Notes under the pieces: generated by a model
Databases searched by the model: none
Seen by the model: the letters and a program-made list of their open reading frames with translations, nothing else
Told to the model about the DNA's origin: nothing
In this document: positions 35,281 to 47,165 of the stretch, piece by piece
Numbering within the stretch: the stretch's first letter is position 1
How the letters are laid out: each line of letters starts with the position of its first letter
Position numbers and translations under genes: made by a program
Assembly (NCBI RefSeq): GCF_004010195.1
Contig: NC_057728.1
Coordinates: forward strand, 50,922,048-50,986,047
DNA: 64,000 nt
Reading direction: 5' to 3'
DNA from: Chiloscyllium plagiosum
Taxonomy: Eukaryota

Positions 35281-36149
35281 ATGATGTGGAGGTGCCAGTA
35301 TTGGACTGAGGTGGACCAAATTAAAAATCACACAACGCCAGGTTGTAGTCCAACAGGTTTATTTGGAAATACAAGCTTTTGGAGCACTGCTCCTTTGTCA
35401 GGTAGCTGGTAGGGCAGAATGATAGGACACAGAATTTATTGTAGAAGATCAAAATGTCATACAACTAATGTAATGTATTGAACAAACCTAGACTGCCATT
35501 AATGAATCAAAACCTGCAACCCATTTTAAGTAACTAAAGACTTTAACAGTCTGATGAAGGAGCAGCACTCCAAAACCTTGTACTTCCAAATAAATCTGTT
35601 GGACTGGAAGGATGTTGTGAAACTTGAAAGGGTTCAGAAAAGATTTACAAGGATGTTGCCAGGGTTGGAGGATTTGATCTATAGGGAGAGGCTGAATATG
35701 CTGGGGCTGTTTTCCCTGGAGCGTTGGAGGCTGAAGGGTAACCTTTATAGAGGTTTATAAAATCATGAGGGGCATGGATAGGATAAATAGACAAAGTATT
35801 TTCCCTGGGGTGGGGTAGTCCAGAACTAGACGGCATAGGTTTAGAGTGAGAGGGGAAAGATATAAAAGTGACCCAGGAGGCAACTTTTTCAAGCAGAAGG
35901 TGGTGCATGTATGGAATGAGCTGCCAGAGGGAGTGGTGGAGGCTGGTACAATTACAACATTTAAAAGGTATCTGGATGAGTATATGAATAGGAAGGGTTC
36001 AGAGGAATATGGGCCAAATGCTAGCAAATCAGACTAGATAAGTTTGGGATATCTGCTTGGCATGGATGAGTTGGACCGAAGGGTCTATTTCCGTGCTGTA
36101 CATCTCTATGCTCCACGACTGTACCTTGTGTTGTGTGATTTTTAACTTT
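35281..36149. mobile_element. Fold-back family B element split by a CR1 insertion (35606-36112)
   Basis: Left arm at 35324-35401; right arm starts CTGATGAAGGAGCAGCACTCCAAAA at 35551 and resumes at ~36117 after the CR1 3' fragment. Confidence 0.8.
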
Positions 36150-38847
36150 AACTGTATAATTGCAGTAAGAACATTTGACCAGGAGGTGGAGGCAGTTACC
36201 TCTTCCAGAATTAAAGTGTACATTTGCAAGATTTAGATATTATTAATCTACGTGTTCAGAGATGTTGTGACACACTGTTGAACTGGGGTAGGCGGGGGGG
36301 AGCTTGAACCTAGATCTCCTGGCTCAGGGGTAAGGACACTACCATTGCACTACAAGAATTGATTTATGCTTATTAATTACAGAACTGCCACATAACTGTG
36401 TATATTTATCCCTCAATCTGTTGCACCCACTGATCTAATTAAACATGCAACAATGTCACACCTTTTAAGAGATGTCTATTCCTGAGAACATGTGTTAAAC
36501 TATAACTAAATTAAGCAAAGATTTGCTTGTGAGGAATAGCTAAACTGTACCAAAGATTATTTTAGAAAGGATTTGTGCTTTCACTTTTAAGTTCCATTTC
36601 AAATATTTCAATTTTTTTTTAGTTTATTAGCTGTCATGTTCTGGTCCCAGCAGTTGGTAATATTGAACAAGTCATGTGTAGGTTAGGTGGATTAGCCATG
36701 GGAAATGTAGAGTTACAGGGATTGGGAAGGGGGATGAGTCTGAGTGGAATGCTCTTCTCAGAGTTCTGTGTGAACTTGTTCAGAATGGCCTGTTTCCACG
36801 CTGTAGCATTCTGTGTGATCCATGAAGTCAGAGCTCAGTGAAACCTGCTTGATAGATCATAAGTTTTATTCTTGAAGTTTGTGATTACAGTGTTGGTTAA
36901 TCACTGATCATGTTCACTTGAGGCTGTCAATATACTTTTAACACAAAATGTTTAGAAAGCAAAACAAAACTGTGACAATTTAGAAAGACCTTCACATAAG
37001 CAGAAAATTAAAGATTCATCCCTCTTACTCAACTGACTTTTCCAGCTCTGATGGCTTGAACTCGTTACACAGTTTGAACTATTTGCACAAACTCCCACAG
37101 CTCAGAGGCTTCACAAAGAAGCCTTCTCATCTGCCGATATGAAGCTATTCTTCTGAACTGAAATATGATTCTAGTCTATGACCACCTGGCTTTCAGCAGA
37201 AGTAAATGTTTCATCCATACACTCTGCCGATAACTTGCTAGTTACTCAACTTAAGCACAATGCATCGTGAATATTTAAATTTCCTGTTCAAAAATGACTT
37301 TCTGACCTCTTTTTTTAAAAGGTCACATTCACAGAACCAACAGCATGCACACACACACGCTGAATCTTTAACTCTGATTTCTCTCCACAGATGCTGGCAG
37401 ATCTGCTGAGCTTTTCAAACAATTTCTGTTTTTCTTTCCGATTTGCAGCATCTACAGTTCTTTCGGTCTTGTATTTCCTTTACATTTGTGCTTTACTGCT
37501 GATTAGAATGAAATTAATTGTAATCAGTGTTGGTCACTTCACTGCTGAGCTGTGGGTTGTACAGGGTCATTTTGTTCTTTGAGGTGAGGGTCATCATGTT
37601 GACCATCTGGGTTCTGGTGGGTTTGTGGGGGACTGTTAAGGTCTAAAAGCACCTGAAAGCTGTAAGTTGGGTTACTGGCTCAGGACGTTTTGAATCACAG
37701 ACTGCTTTAAAGAAATTCAGTAGAGAGTTCCTTCCATCAGTAAAGACTTTCAGAGGCCATGACTAAAATCAGTGCCACCTTTGGTATCACCTGGTGCGAT
37801 CTTACCAAAGGATACTGATTCTGAGAGTGACCGCCTGGTGGGAGATCACTCGTTGGGAGAGGTAGTTGTTGCTGAGGTAGATGGGCACTGCAGAGTGGAA
37901 GGGTCCTCTGAGGAGTTGCAAATGATTTAAAATGATTATAGTCACCAGCCCCGCAATGTTGGAAGGGTCTGTGGGGAGTTTTAACACGAGACAGGTGAAA
38001 TATGAGTTAAGCAACAGGTTTTGTGAGTGGGCAGAAATTTGGCAGATGGTGTATTATCTGGGAAAATGTGAACTTGTCCACCTTAGCAGGAAGAATAGAA
38101 AAACAGTATGTAAATGGATATAGAGATTGCAAGACTTGATGAGACAGACGGAAGTGGGTATCCTGGAACATGAATGTCTAAATGTTAGTACATATCTGCA
38201 GCAAGTAATCAGGAATACATATAGATGATTGATACTTATTGCAAATGGAATGGAATTTAAAAGTAGGGAACTCTGTTCCCCAGAAAGCCTGGGAGGTTAG
38301 GCTATTGAATTTATTCAAGGCTGAATTACACAGATTTCTCACAGACAAGAGAGCAGAGGATTATTGGGAAAGGGGACAGATGGGAAAGAGGAGTTGAAGC
38401 CACAACCAGATTAGCCTTGACCTTAATGGTGGAGCAGCTGTAAAGGTCTCCTCCCGTTCCTATATCGAGTCCCTGTATTCCTGTATTTTACAGACCATGG
38501 TACCCGCCCCATGTTGTATCCTTGACAGAGCAAAGCATCTTTGTTCAAATGCTCAATCACTCTCCCCCAGTGACTGATTCCTGAAGCTTCAGCACAACAG
38601 ATGTTCCTACTGATAGAGTAGACATTTAGGATAGTATAGCTGAGGTCATTTTTTAAAAGTATTGAGCTTAAGAGTTCCTGGATAGCTGTTGAATAATAGC
38701 CACATGTAGAGCAAGTCAGTGCAGAAATAAGATAGAGAAGAAACTAACTGTATTGATCTTTCTAGTGCACAATACTCAAAGAAATGGTGTTAATCATAAT
38801 ATATACTATATCGTATCTAATTTGAAAAAGGCAGTTTGAATATACAG

Positions 38848-39041
38848 AGTTGAAAAGTGTGGTGCTGGAAAAGCACAGCAGGTCAGGCAGTATCCGAGGA
38901 GCAGGAGAGTCACCGTTTTGAGCGTGAGCTCTTCATCAGTTCATGCTCAGCAAGTCGATTCTCCTGCTCCTCAGACGCTGTGCTTTTCCAGCACCACATT
39001 TTTTGACTCTGATCTCCAGCATCTGCAGTTCTCACTATCTC
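38848..39041. mobile_element. Fold-back family A element with variant stem II
   Basis: TSD AATATACAG/AATGTACAG; minus-strand CTGATGA-A-GAGC-TCAC-GCTC-AAAA at 38912-38939. Confidence 0.8.
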
Positions 39042-39745
39042 AATGTACAGCCATGCACACTTTCTGGATACAGTGGTTGAACATTGAGTTAGTTGATACA
39101 GTGAGTACAAGACTGTACATTAAGTGCAGGTGGGTCAACCAGAAAACTGGTTGAAAGAAATGGAGACCTGAAGGAGGAACCTATTGACTCAAGGCCCCAC
39201 ATTGAAACCTGTGAAATTTGCAGCAATTCCCTCCAATGAGAATTTGTGAATTCTTGTTTGAATGTCAAGCTCATTATTTTACCACTTTCATATTTTGTAA
39301 TGAAACAGAAAGAAAAGTAAAACTCTGACAATTCATAAAGGTGGGAGCACTAAACATGTCAGCCAATGTCAGGAGAGATTAAAGTTTATGTTTCAGGGAT
39401 TGAAGTTTATTAGAATGAACTGTGACGTTTCTCTGGATCTTTCTTTTCTACTTCAGAATTCTGGCATCTGGAAACTTCTTCAATTCTGAACCAAAACATT
39501 TGAATTTTCAGCAGAGGAACTGAGCCCATTCACAGTTACCTCAGCTGTAACTACCCTCCTAATATGGTCTCCCCTCCCCTAATTCTGTCAACTCCTCTAA
39601 TTCTAGCCCTTTGAGTATTCATGATGTTCATTGCTCAACCAGTGGTTTGGATTGTTGGCCTCTTTAATTTCCTTTCACCTCTCTCTGACTCTCCAGCTTG
39701 CTTTCCTCCTTTATAACACTCCTTAAGACCTTCCTTTTTGACTCA

Positions 39746-40290
39746 AAGAGTCATACAACATGGAAACAGATCCTTTGGTCCAGCCAATCCATTCCGACCA
39801 TAATCCCAAACTAAACTAGTCTTACCTGTCTGCGCTTGCCCCATATCCCTCCAAACGTTTCTTATTCATCTACTTATCTAAATGTTTTTTAACTATGCTC
39901 ACATCCAACACTCCTACAGATGTTCATTCCACACATGAACCACTGTCTGTGGGGAAAAAAATTGTCCCTCATGTCGTTTTTACATCTGTCTCTTGTTTCC
40001 AGCATCTGCAGTCATTGTTTCTCCCTAGTTAAAAATGTGCCCCCTAGTCTTGAAATCCCCCATCCTGGGGAAAATGCAACAACCATTAACTCTGTCTATA
40101 TCCCTTATTAGTTTATAAACTTCTATCAGATCAGATCACCTCTTAATCTCCTGTGCTCCAGTGAAAAAATTCCCAGCTTATCCAACCTTTCCTTACAATG
40201 CAACCTTCCATACCCGGCAACATCCTGATAAATCTTTTCCAACTTACTAAAATCCTTTCTATAACAGCGAGACCTGAATTAGGCACAATA
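39746..40290 (-). mobile_element. CR1 3' fragment
   Basis: agagtcatacaacatggaaacaga tail on the minus strand and typical CR1 RT-end sequence. Confidence 0.75.
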
Positions 40291-40479
40291 CTCATTGGTC
40301 ATTGAATCTAGTATCTCCTTGCGTGCCATAATGTCAAGTTCTGTTTTATTTTACAGTCCTGTGGAGCACCTTGTAAGTTTCACTGTCTTAAACACTCTAT
40401 GTAGCTCTAAAGTGTTGTAGCAACTGCCTGACCCTGTACTCCAGCTGTAATTTTCCGTACCTCCACTCGATTATTCCTC

Positions 40480-40896
40480 TGAATAGGCTAGGGCTGTTTT
40501 CCCTGGAGCATTGGAGGCTGAGGGGTGACCTTATAGAGGTTACAAAATTGAGGGGCATCGACAGGAAAAATAGACAAAGTCTTTCCCTGGGGTCAGGGAG
40601 TCCAGAACTGGAGGGCATAGGTTTAGGGTGAGAGGGGAAAGATATAAAAGAGACCTACGGGGCAACTTTTTCACACAGAGGGTAGTACGTGTATGGAATG
40701 AGCTGCCAGAGGAAGTGGTGGTGGCTGGTACAATTGCAACATTTAAACAACATTTGGCTGGGTATATGAATTGGAACGGTTTGGAGGGATATGGGCTGGG
40801 TGCTGGCAGGTGGGACTAGATTGGGTTGTGATATCTGGTCGGCATGGACGGGTTGGACTGAAGGGTCTGTTTCCGTGCTGTACATTTCTTTGACTC
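40480..40896 (+). mobile_element. CR1 3' fragment
   Basis: RGERYKRDLRGNFFTQRVVRVWNELPEEVV. Confidence 0.88.
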
Positions 40897-41329
40897 TCTG
40901 TTGTCATCAGCCCAGTTTCGCTTGCTTGCACCTCAGTGTCCTACTCCAAGTATTATCAGTCGAAAGCTCCCTTTTGTCTCACTGCTGTTTATGGCTGACA
41001 TTGTTGCCTCACTGTACATGGAAACTCCTGCAGTTGAGATTCCCACTCTGTGGGTAGGGGCCATGTACTGACTGCCCTTGTTTGTCAGACCACACTGAGA
41101 GGAGAGAAATGTAGGTTAAATGGTTAATAAACATATGGATGAAAATAGAGTCATGTAGGATAGATAGGCTTCAGATTGGTTCCACAGGTCGGCGCAACAT
41201 TGAGGGCCGAAGGGCCTGTACTGTGCTGTAATGCTCTATGTTAACTTTTGAGAATGTGCAAAGGAAGATGTGTGAATGGTCACCTGGTGATCAAGAGACT
41301 ATGAAGAGACAACCAACAGTCAAGACATG

Positions 41330-41521
41330 AAACAAAAACAGAAATAGCTAGTGAAACTCAGCAGGGCTGGTAGCACGTGTGGTGAGAGAAAGGAGTTAAC
41401 ATCTTGAGTCTGGTGATCTTTCATTAGGTCTCTCCCCACAGATGCAGCCAGACCTGCTGAATAGTATTTGTTTTTGTTTCAGATCTCCAGCATCCACAGT
41501 TCTTTGTTTTATTTTAGTCCT
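41330..41521. mobile_element. Fold-back family C element (decayed)
   Basis: Inverted arms gaaacaaaaacagaaatagct / tttgtttttgtttc; AGACATG flanking duplication. Confidence 0.6.
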
Positions 41522-42575
41522 AGACATGGAGCTGAATCTGAATGTACACAGCTCGTATGTTATAAGACAAGAATTATCTTGAGAAGTCCCTCAGTCTCTG
41601 CTAACATCACTTTCAATATGGCTGAAGACTCCATGTGACAACACCAAATAAGTGGGTCTAGCGTGTCAAAAACAGGCTGGAATAGGGAAACAGGACTGAG
41701 GAGAGAAACCATAGGCTACTTTTTGTCAACTAATATTGACAAAGGCTCCTCTGATCCATTCTCACTTTCGTCTAATTTTCACCAATGAACGTAAAACCAA
41801 AATAAATCACTGTGCAAATCTTAATATTTAGCTCACCTATTCAAAACACTAAGGTGAGCAAGGGCTTGCTGTTTATACTTTGTGTCCTGTTTATCTTTTT
41901 AACTAATTTCTTTCAAACAGGAATGCACGTCCCACCTGCATCATACAGCCTTGTTTGTTTCAGTGAATTGGAGAGTTTTCATAGACTTTCACCCCGCAGT
42001 CACAAACAGTCTCGGCAGGAAGCTCAAATGTTGTAATATCTTGTGTTTACCAGCTCAGAAGTGAGCTCTTTAATTTTTTTTCCGCTCCAAATCTTTGAAC
42101 TATAGTTTACAGTACATGAGGTTGTTAAACAGACACACTTCTCAAATCTTTTTTAGATCACACACCTGAGATTTCCTGTCTAACAGTACACAAACACTAT
42201 GTCAACTTGATTTTCTTCATCCCGTGCACCACCCCTTTTAAAATGTACATTGCATTTTCAGGAAATGTCTTGTTTTGAACAATTATGCGTATTATCTAAA
42301 CAGTGGGATTGCAGAGCTCTGAGATGCAGATGTTCCTAGTGCATGGATTGTCAAACGACGTGCATGTAAGTGTAGCAAGTAGTCAGGAAAACTAATAGAA
42401 TGCTACTATTTATTGTGAGAGGAATTGGATGCAAGAGTAAGGACAGCATGCTTCAGTAACACAGGACATTGGCGAGATCACATCTAGATTACTGCATATG
42501 AAAGGAATCTTTTTATTAAAAGAGGGATGTAGCTGTGTTGGAAGGTTTCCTAGTCTAAAGAAAGGAATGGGCAAG

Positions 42576-42705
42576 AACTGAAAACAAAAAAATGCTGGAG
42601 ATCACAATGGGTCAGGCAGCATCCATGGAGACAAAGCCAAACTAACATTCGAGTCTCGATAACTCTTCACCTGATGAAGCGTCATCTGGACTCAAAATGT
42701 TAGGT

Positions 42706-42736
<31 letters not shown>

Positions 42737-42825
42737 CATGAATACTGCCTGACCTGCTGTGATCCCCAGCATTTTTGCTTTTCAGTTCAGATTCCAGTAT
42801 CTGCAGTAAATTGCTCCTACAAAAT
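42576..42825. mobile_element. Fold-back family C hammerhead element within an old CR1
   Basis: 12-bp TSD GGAATGGGCAAG at 42564-42575 and 42826-42837; core CTGATGA-A-GCGTC-ATCTG-GACTC-AAAA-TGTTA at 42671-42702; (TC)n expansion in one arm. Confidence 0.8.
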
Positions 42826-43601
42826 GGAATGGGCAAGTTGTCTTTTGAGGAAATGTTTGACAGACTAGGTTAGCATCTGCTGGAGTTTAAAAGAGCAGCA
42901 AAAAGACTAAGGATCTTGACAGACAGATGTGGAAAGGATGTTTCCTGTTGTGAGTGAATCTAGAACTAGGGGTCACAGTTTAAAAATAAAAGATCATTGA
43001 AGACAGTGATGAGGAGAATTATTTCCTCTGAGAACGTGACGAGTCTTGGAAACCCGCTTCTGCAAAAGGCGATGGAAGCAGAGCCCTTGACTATCATGTA
43101 AGATGGGATGGATTTTTAACCGGAGAGGAAAGGCATCAGGGTGTAGGCAGGAATATGAAGCACTCAGATTAATGAAATGGTGGAGAAGGCTCAAGGAGAC
43201 AAGGGGCCTGTTCCTGCTCTTATATTTGTCAATCCATTCAGGCTGTCCTTCATTTTGTTCATTCATTAACCTGATAATTTTATCTTGCATTATAGGTTCC
43301 AAAAGTTGACTCACAAGTGGTTTTACCCTGATTGGATTATACTTCCTGGTCTCTATTTGTTGAACAGAGACATTTATGCAGATATTCTGTGCAAAATCAT
43401 CTCTCTGAAATGTAATATTTCGTCATTCTACTGTGTATCACTGCAGTAAATGTAGCTGTTGTGAAGAACTAGCTGTTTGACCACTTGGATTTAAAGTTAT
43501 GTTTGGACCGGTAAATGTACAATACCAAAATTATACTTCTAATGTTCCTGCTTATCAATGCAATGTTTTGTGTGATTTGGAAACTTTGGTACATATATGT
43601 A

Positions 43602-44126
43602 TTAGTGTTGAGAGTGTGGTGCTGGAAAAACACAACAGGTCAGGCAGCATCCGAAGAGCAGGAAAATCGAAGTTTCGGGCATTCCCGATGAAGGGCTTAT
43701 GCCCGAAATGTTGATTCTCCTGCTCCTCGGATGCTGCCTGACCTGCTGTTTTTTTTCCAGCGCCACACTGTCAACTCTGATCTCCTGCATCTGCGGTCCT
43801 CACTTTCTCCTAGTTGATTTTAACCTCACTACAAAGCCTCTTTCAAGGATGCCTACCTTGAAGAAGTTCTCTACCTCTCTCTACAAGGATCTCAGTGAGT
43901 CTCTCTCTCACTGCACCACCAAGGTCATCTCCTCTGCCCTGAAGCCTTTCAGTCACGTCCTGAAGCAGACTGGCTACCACAACCACATCTGCTTCCATTC
44001 CTGATGAAGGGCTTATGCCTGAAACATCAATTCTCCTGCTGCTCAGATGCTGCCTGACCTGCTGTGCTTTTCCAGCACCACACTCTGGACTCTGAATCCC
44101 AGCATCTGCAGTCCTCAGATTTCTCC
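43602..44126 (+). mobile_element. Internally deleted PLE / retrozyme-like element: inverted arm, pLTR, ORF N-terminus, pLTR
   Basis: 12-bp palindromic TSD TACATATATGTA at 43590-43601 and 44127-44138; direct repeats 43681-43812 and 43996-44126, each with a hammerhead motif (43685 and 44001). Confidence 0.85.
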
Positions 44127-44514
44127 TACATATATGTACTCGTAGTTTTGCTTTTGCTTTTCCTTGGAAAGAACATCAACTTGAAACGTTAACTCTGATC
44201 TTCTCTCCACAGGTGCTGCCTGACCCGCTGAATATTTGCAGCACTTTCTGTTTGCATTTTATCCCTGTTCCCTTGCCATTGGAGTTTGGAATTCACACTG
44301 GTTATGCGACTTGATCTGCTTTAGCTTGGTATTTATGAAAGAGGAATGGAGGCTGGACATTTGGCATGACAGCTGGAGGAAGGGAGCCAACATTTTACAC
44401 TGACGCTGCAATTATTTTATGACTTGTAGATTAGTGCTTCTCATGGAGAATCAAATTTCCCATCAGTTTGGATCTGAAGCACCAAAAGTGCAGACCAAAT
44501 TTGATGAATAGATA

Positions 44515-45358
44515 CTTGAATAATGTATGGTAGAGTATGAGTTATATACAGTAATGTATAGTATAGATGAGTGATATATGTTGTGGTAATGTACTGTATA
44601 TGCACCTGACGAAGGAGCAGCACTCATGTGATTTTAAATAAATCTGTTGGACTATAACTTGGTGTCGTGTGACTTCTGACTTTGTCCACCCCAGTCCAAC
44701 ACTGTCACCTCCACATCATGGGCTATATATAGTAATGTACTTTATGCACGGTGGCTCAGTGGTTAGCACTACTGCCTCACAGTGCCAGGGGCCCGGTATC
44801 AAATCCCACCTCGGGCAACGGTCTGTGTGGAGTTTGCATGTTCTCCCCGTGTCTGCGTGGGTTTACTCCGGGTGTTCCAGTTTCCTCCCATAGTCCAAAG
44901 ATGTGCAGGTCAGGTGAATTGGCCATGCTAAATTGCCCGTAGTGTTAGATGCATTAGTCAGGGGTGAATGTAGGGGAAAGGGTCTGGGTGGGTCGGTGTG
45001 GATGTGTTGGGCTGAAGGGCCTGTTTCCACACTGTAGGGAATCTAATCTAATATATATATATATAGGTTATATACAGTAAAGTACTGTATACATGGGTTA
45101 CATATGGTAATGTAATTTATATATGGATTACATTTAGTAAAGTACTATATAATTGGTTTTATATAGTAATGTACTTCATATATGGATTATTTGCAGTAAA
45201 GTACTGTATACATAGGTTATATATGGTAATGTACTTTATATATAGATTATGTGCAGTAAAGTGTTGTATACATGGGTTATATATGGTAATGTACTTTATA
45301 TATAGATTATATACAGTAAAGTACTATATGCATGGGTTATATATGGTAATATACTGTA
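44515..45358. repeat. AT-rich 30-bp minisatellite with 60-bp higher-order dimer, interrupted by two insertions
   Basis: 60-nt periodicity at 45181-45358; inserts at 44603-44720 (family B arm) and 44746-45051 (HE1). Confidence 0.8.
44746..45051 (+). mobile_element. HE1-type SINE
   Basis: gcacggtggctcagtggttagcact head; aagggcctgtttccacactgtagggaatctaatcta tail. Confidence 0.92.
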
Positions 45359-46209
45359 AGAACACAAGTTGAAATCCCACCAGGGTCCAGACTGAGAATT
45401 TGAATTCAGTATGAAATGTCTAGAAATGAAAATTTGTTGTCATTGAAATTAACCACAAGGCCATCAATTTGTTATCGAAACCCCAGCGATTCGTTCATAT
45501 CCTTTCAGAAAAGAAGCCTGACATCTTTTACCCAGTCCAAACTATCAATGATTCCTGACACACCCCAATTATTGTCTGAAAGTAGGGCAAAAGGCTTGTT
45601 GGTGATGGCCACAAGACAGAATGAAAAGTGTATTCTGACCTTCCGTATCTAACTGGATATTAGTATCAGAAAACAATACAACATTGTTTTTCTGTAAATC
45701 ATTTGAGTGATCATTTCACATTGATTTTGACCCCACCCATCCACCTGCTATAGATGAAGCAGTTTGTGCATTTCTTACATTGGAGAGCATTGCACAATCT
45801 TTGTGGAGACCAAGACCCACCTTCACACAGAGGACACCCCAACCCCACCAAAGTTAGGTCCAGTGATGCTATCACATTACTGAGTGCTGGGTGCTATAGA
45901 TTAAGAATAGACAGAACAGGTCAAAACTGGGCTTCCATGAAGTACTGTGGACCATCAACAGCAGCAGAATTGCATTGCACCACTGTCTCTACTCTCAAGG
46001 CCCTGCATACGCCCTCTCTACTATTACCATCATGACAGAGGATCAACACTATGGCATGCCAGGAACAGCACTGATGTATCTGAAAATGAGACATCAACCT
46101 GGCAGCTCAGGATTATGTGCATTCTAAATAGGAGGCATACCATGCTGGAGATTGCTGTGATCCTAATAGAAAATCATCAAATCTCATCCAGTTGGGACTT
46201 GTAGTGGAC

Positions 46210-47165
46210 ATAGAGTCATAGAGGTGTACAGCATGGAAACAGACCCTTCGGTCCAACCCGTCCATGCCGACCAGATATCCCAACCCTATCTAGTCCCACC
46301 TGCCAGCACCCGGCCCATATCCCTCCAAACCCTTCCTGTTCATATACCCATCCAAATGCCTCTTAAATGTTGCAATTGTACCAGCCTCCACCNNNNNNNN
46401 NNNNNNNNNNNNNNNNNNNNNNNNNNNNNNNNNNNNNNNNNNNNNNNNNNNNNNNNNNNNNNNNNNNNNNNNNNNNNNNNNNNNNNNNNNNNNNNNNNNN
46501 NNNNNNNNNNNNNNNNNNNNNNNNNNNNNNNNNNNNNNNNNNNNNNNNNNNNNNNNNNNNNNNNNNNNNNNNNNNNNNNNNNNNNNNNNNNNNNNNNNNN
46601 NNNNNNNNNNNNNNNNNNNNNNNNNNNNNNNNNNNNNNNNNNNNNNNNNNNNNNNNNNNNNNNNNNNNNNNNNNNNNNNNNNNNNNNNNNNNNNNNNNNN
46701 NNNNNNNNNNNNNNNNNNNNNNNNNNNNNNNNNNNCTATTAAGTGTATAAGTCCTGCTAAGATTTGCTTTCCCAATTTGCAGGACCTCGCATTTATCTGA
46801 ATTAAACTCCATCTGCCACATCTCAGCCCATTTGCCCATCTGGTCAAGATCTTGTTGTAATCTGAGGTAACCCTCTTCGCTGTCCACTACACCTCTAATT
46901 TTGGTGTCATCTGCAAACTTCCTAACTGTACCTCTCATGCTCGCATCCAAATCATTTATGTAAATGATAAAAAGTAGTGGATCCAGCACCGATCCTTGTG
47001 ACCCTCCACTGGTCACAGGCCTCCAGTCTGAAAAACAATCCTCCACCACCACCCTCTGTCTTCTACCTTTGAGCCAGTTCTGTATCCAAATGGCTAGTTC
47101 TCCCTGTATTCCGTGAGATTTAACCTTGCTACTCTGTCTCCTATGGGGAACCTTGTCGAACGCCA
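46210..47165 (-). mobile_element. CR1 LINE RT fragment spanning an N gap
   Basis: AFDKVPH...QGSVLDPLLF...KFADDTK...WQMEFN. Confidence 0.9.
46393..46735. other. Assembly gap (343 N) inside a CR1 fragment
   Basis: Run of N. Confidence 1.

Noticed and set aside
44746..44820. tRNA genes
   Set aside because: The A/B-box sequences are SINE heads followed by SINE bodies, with no complete cloverleaf.
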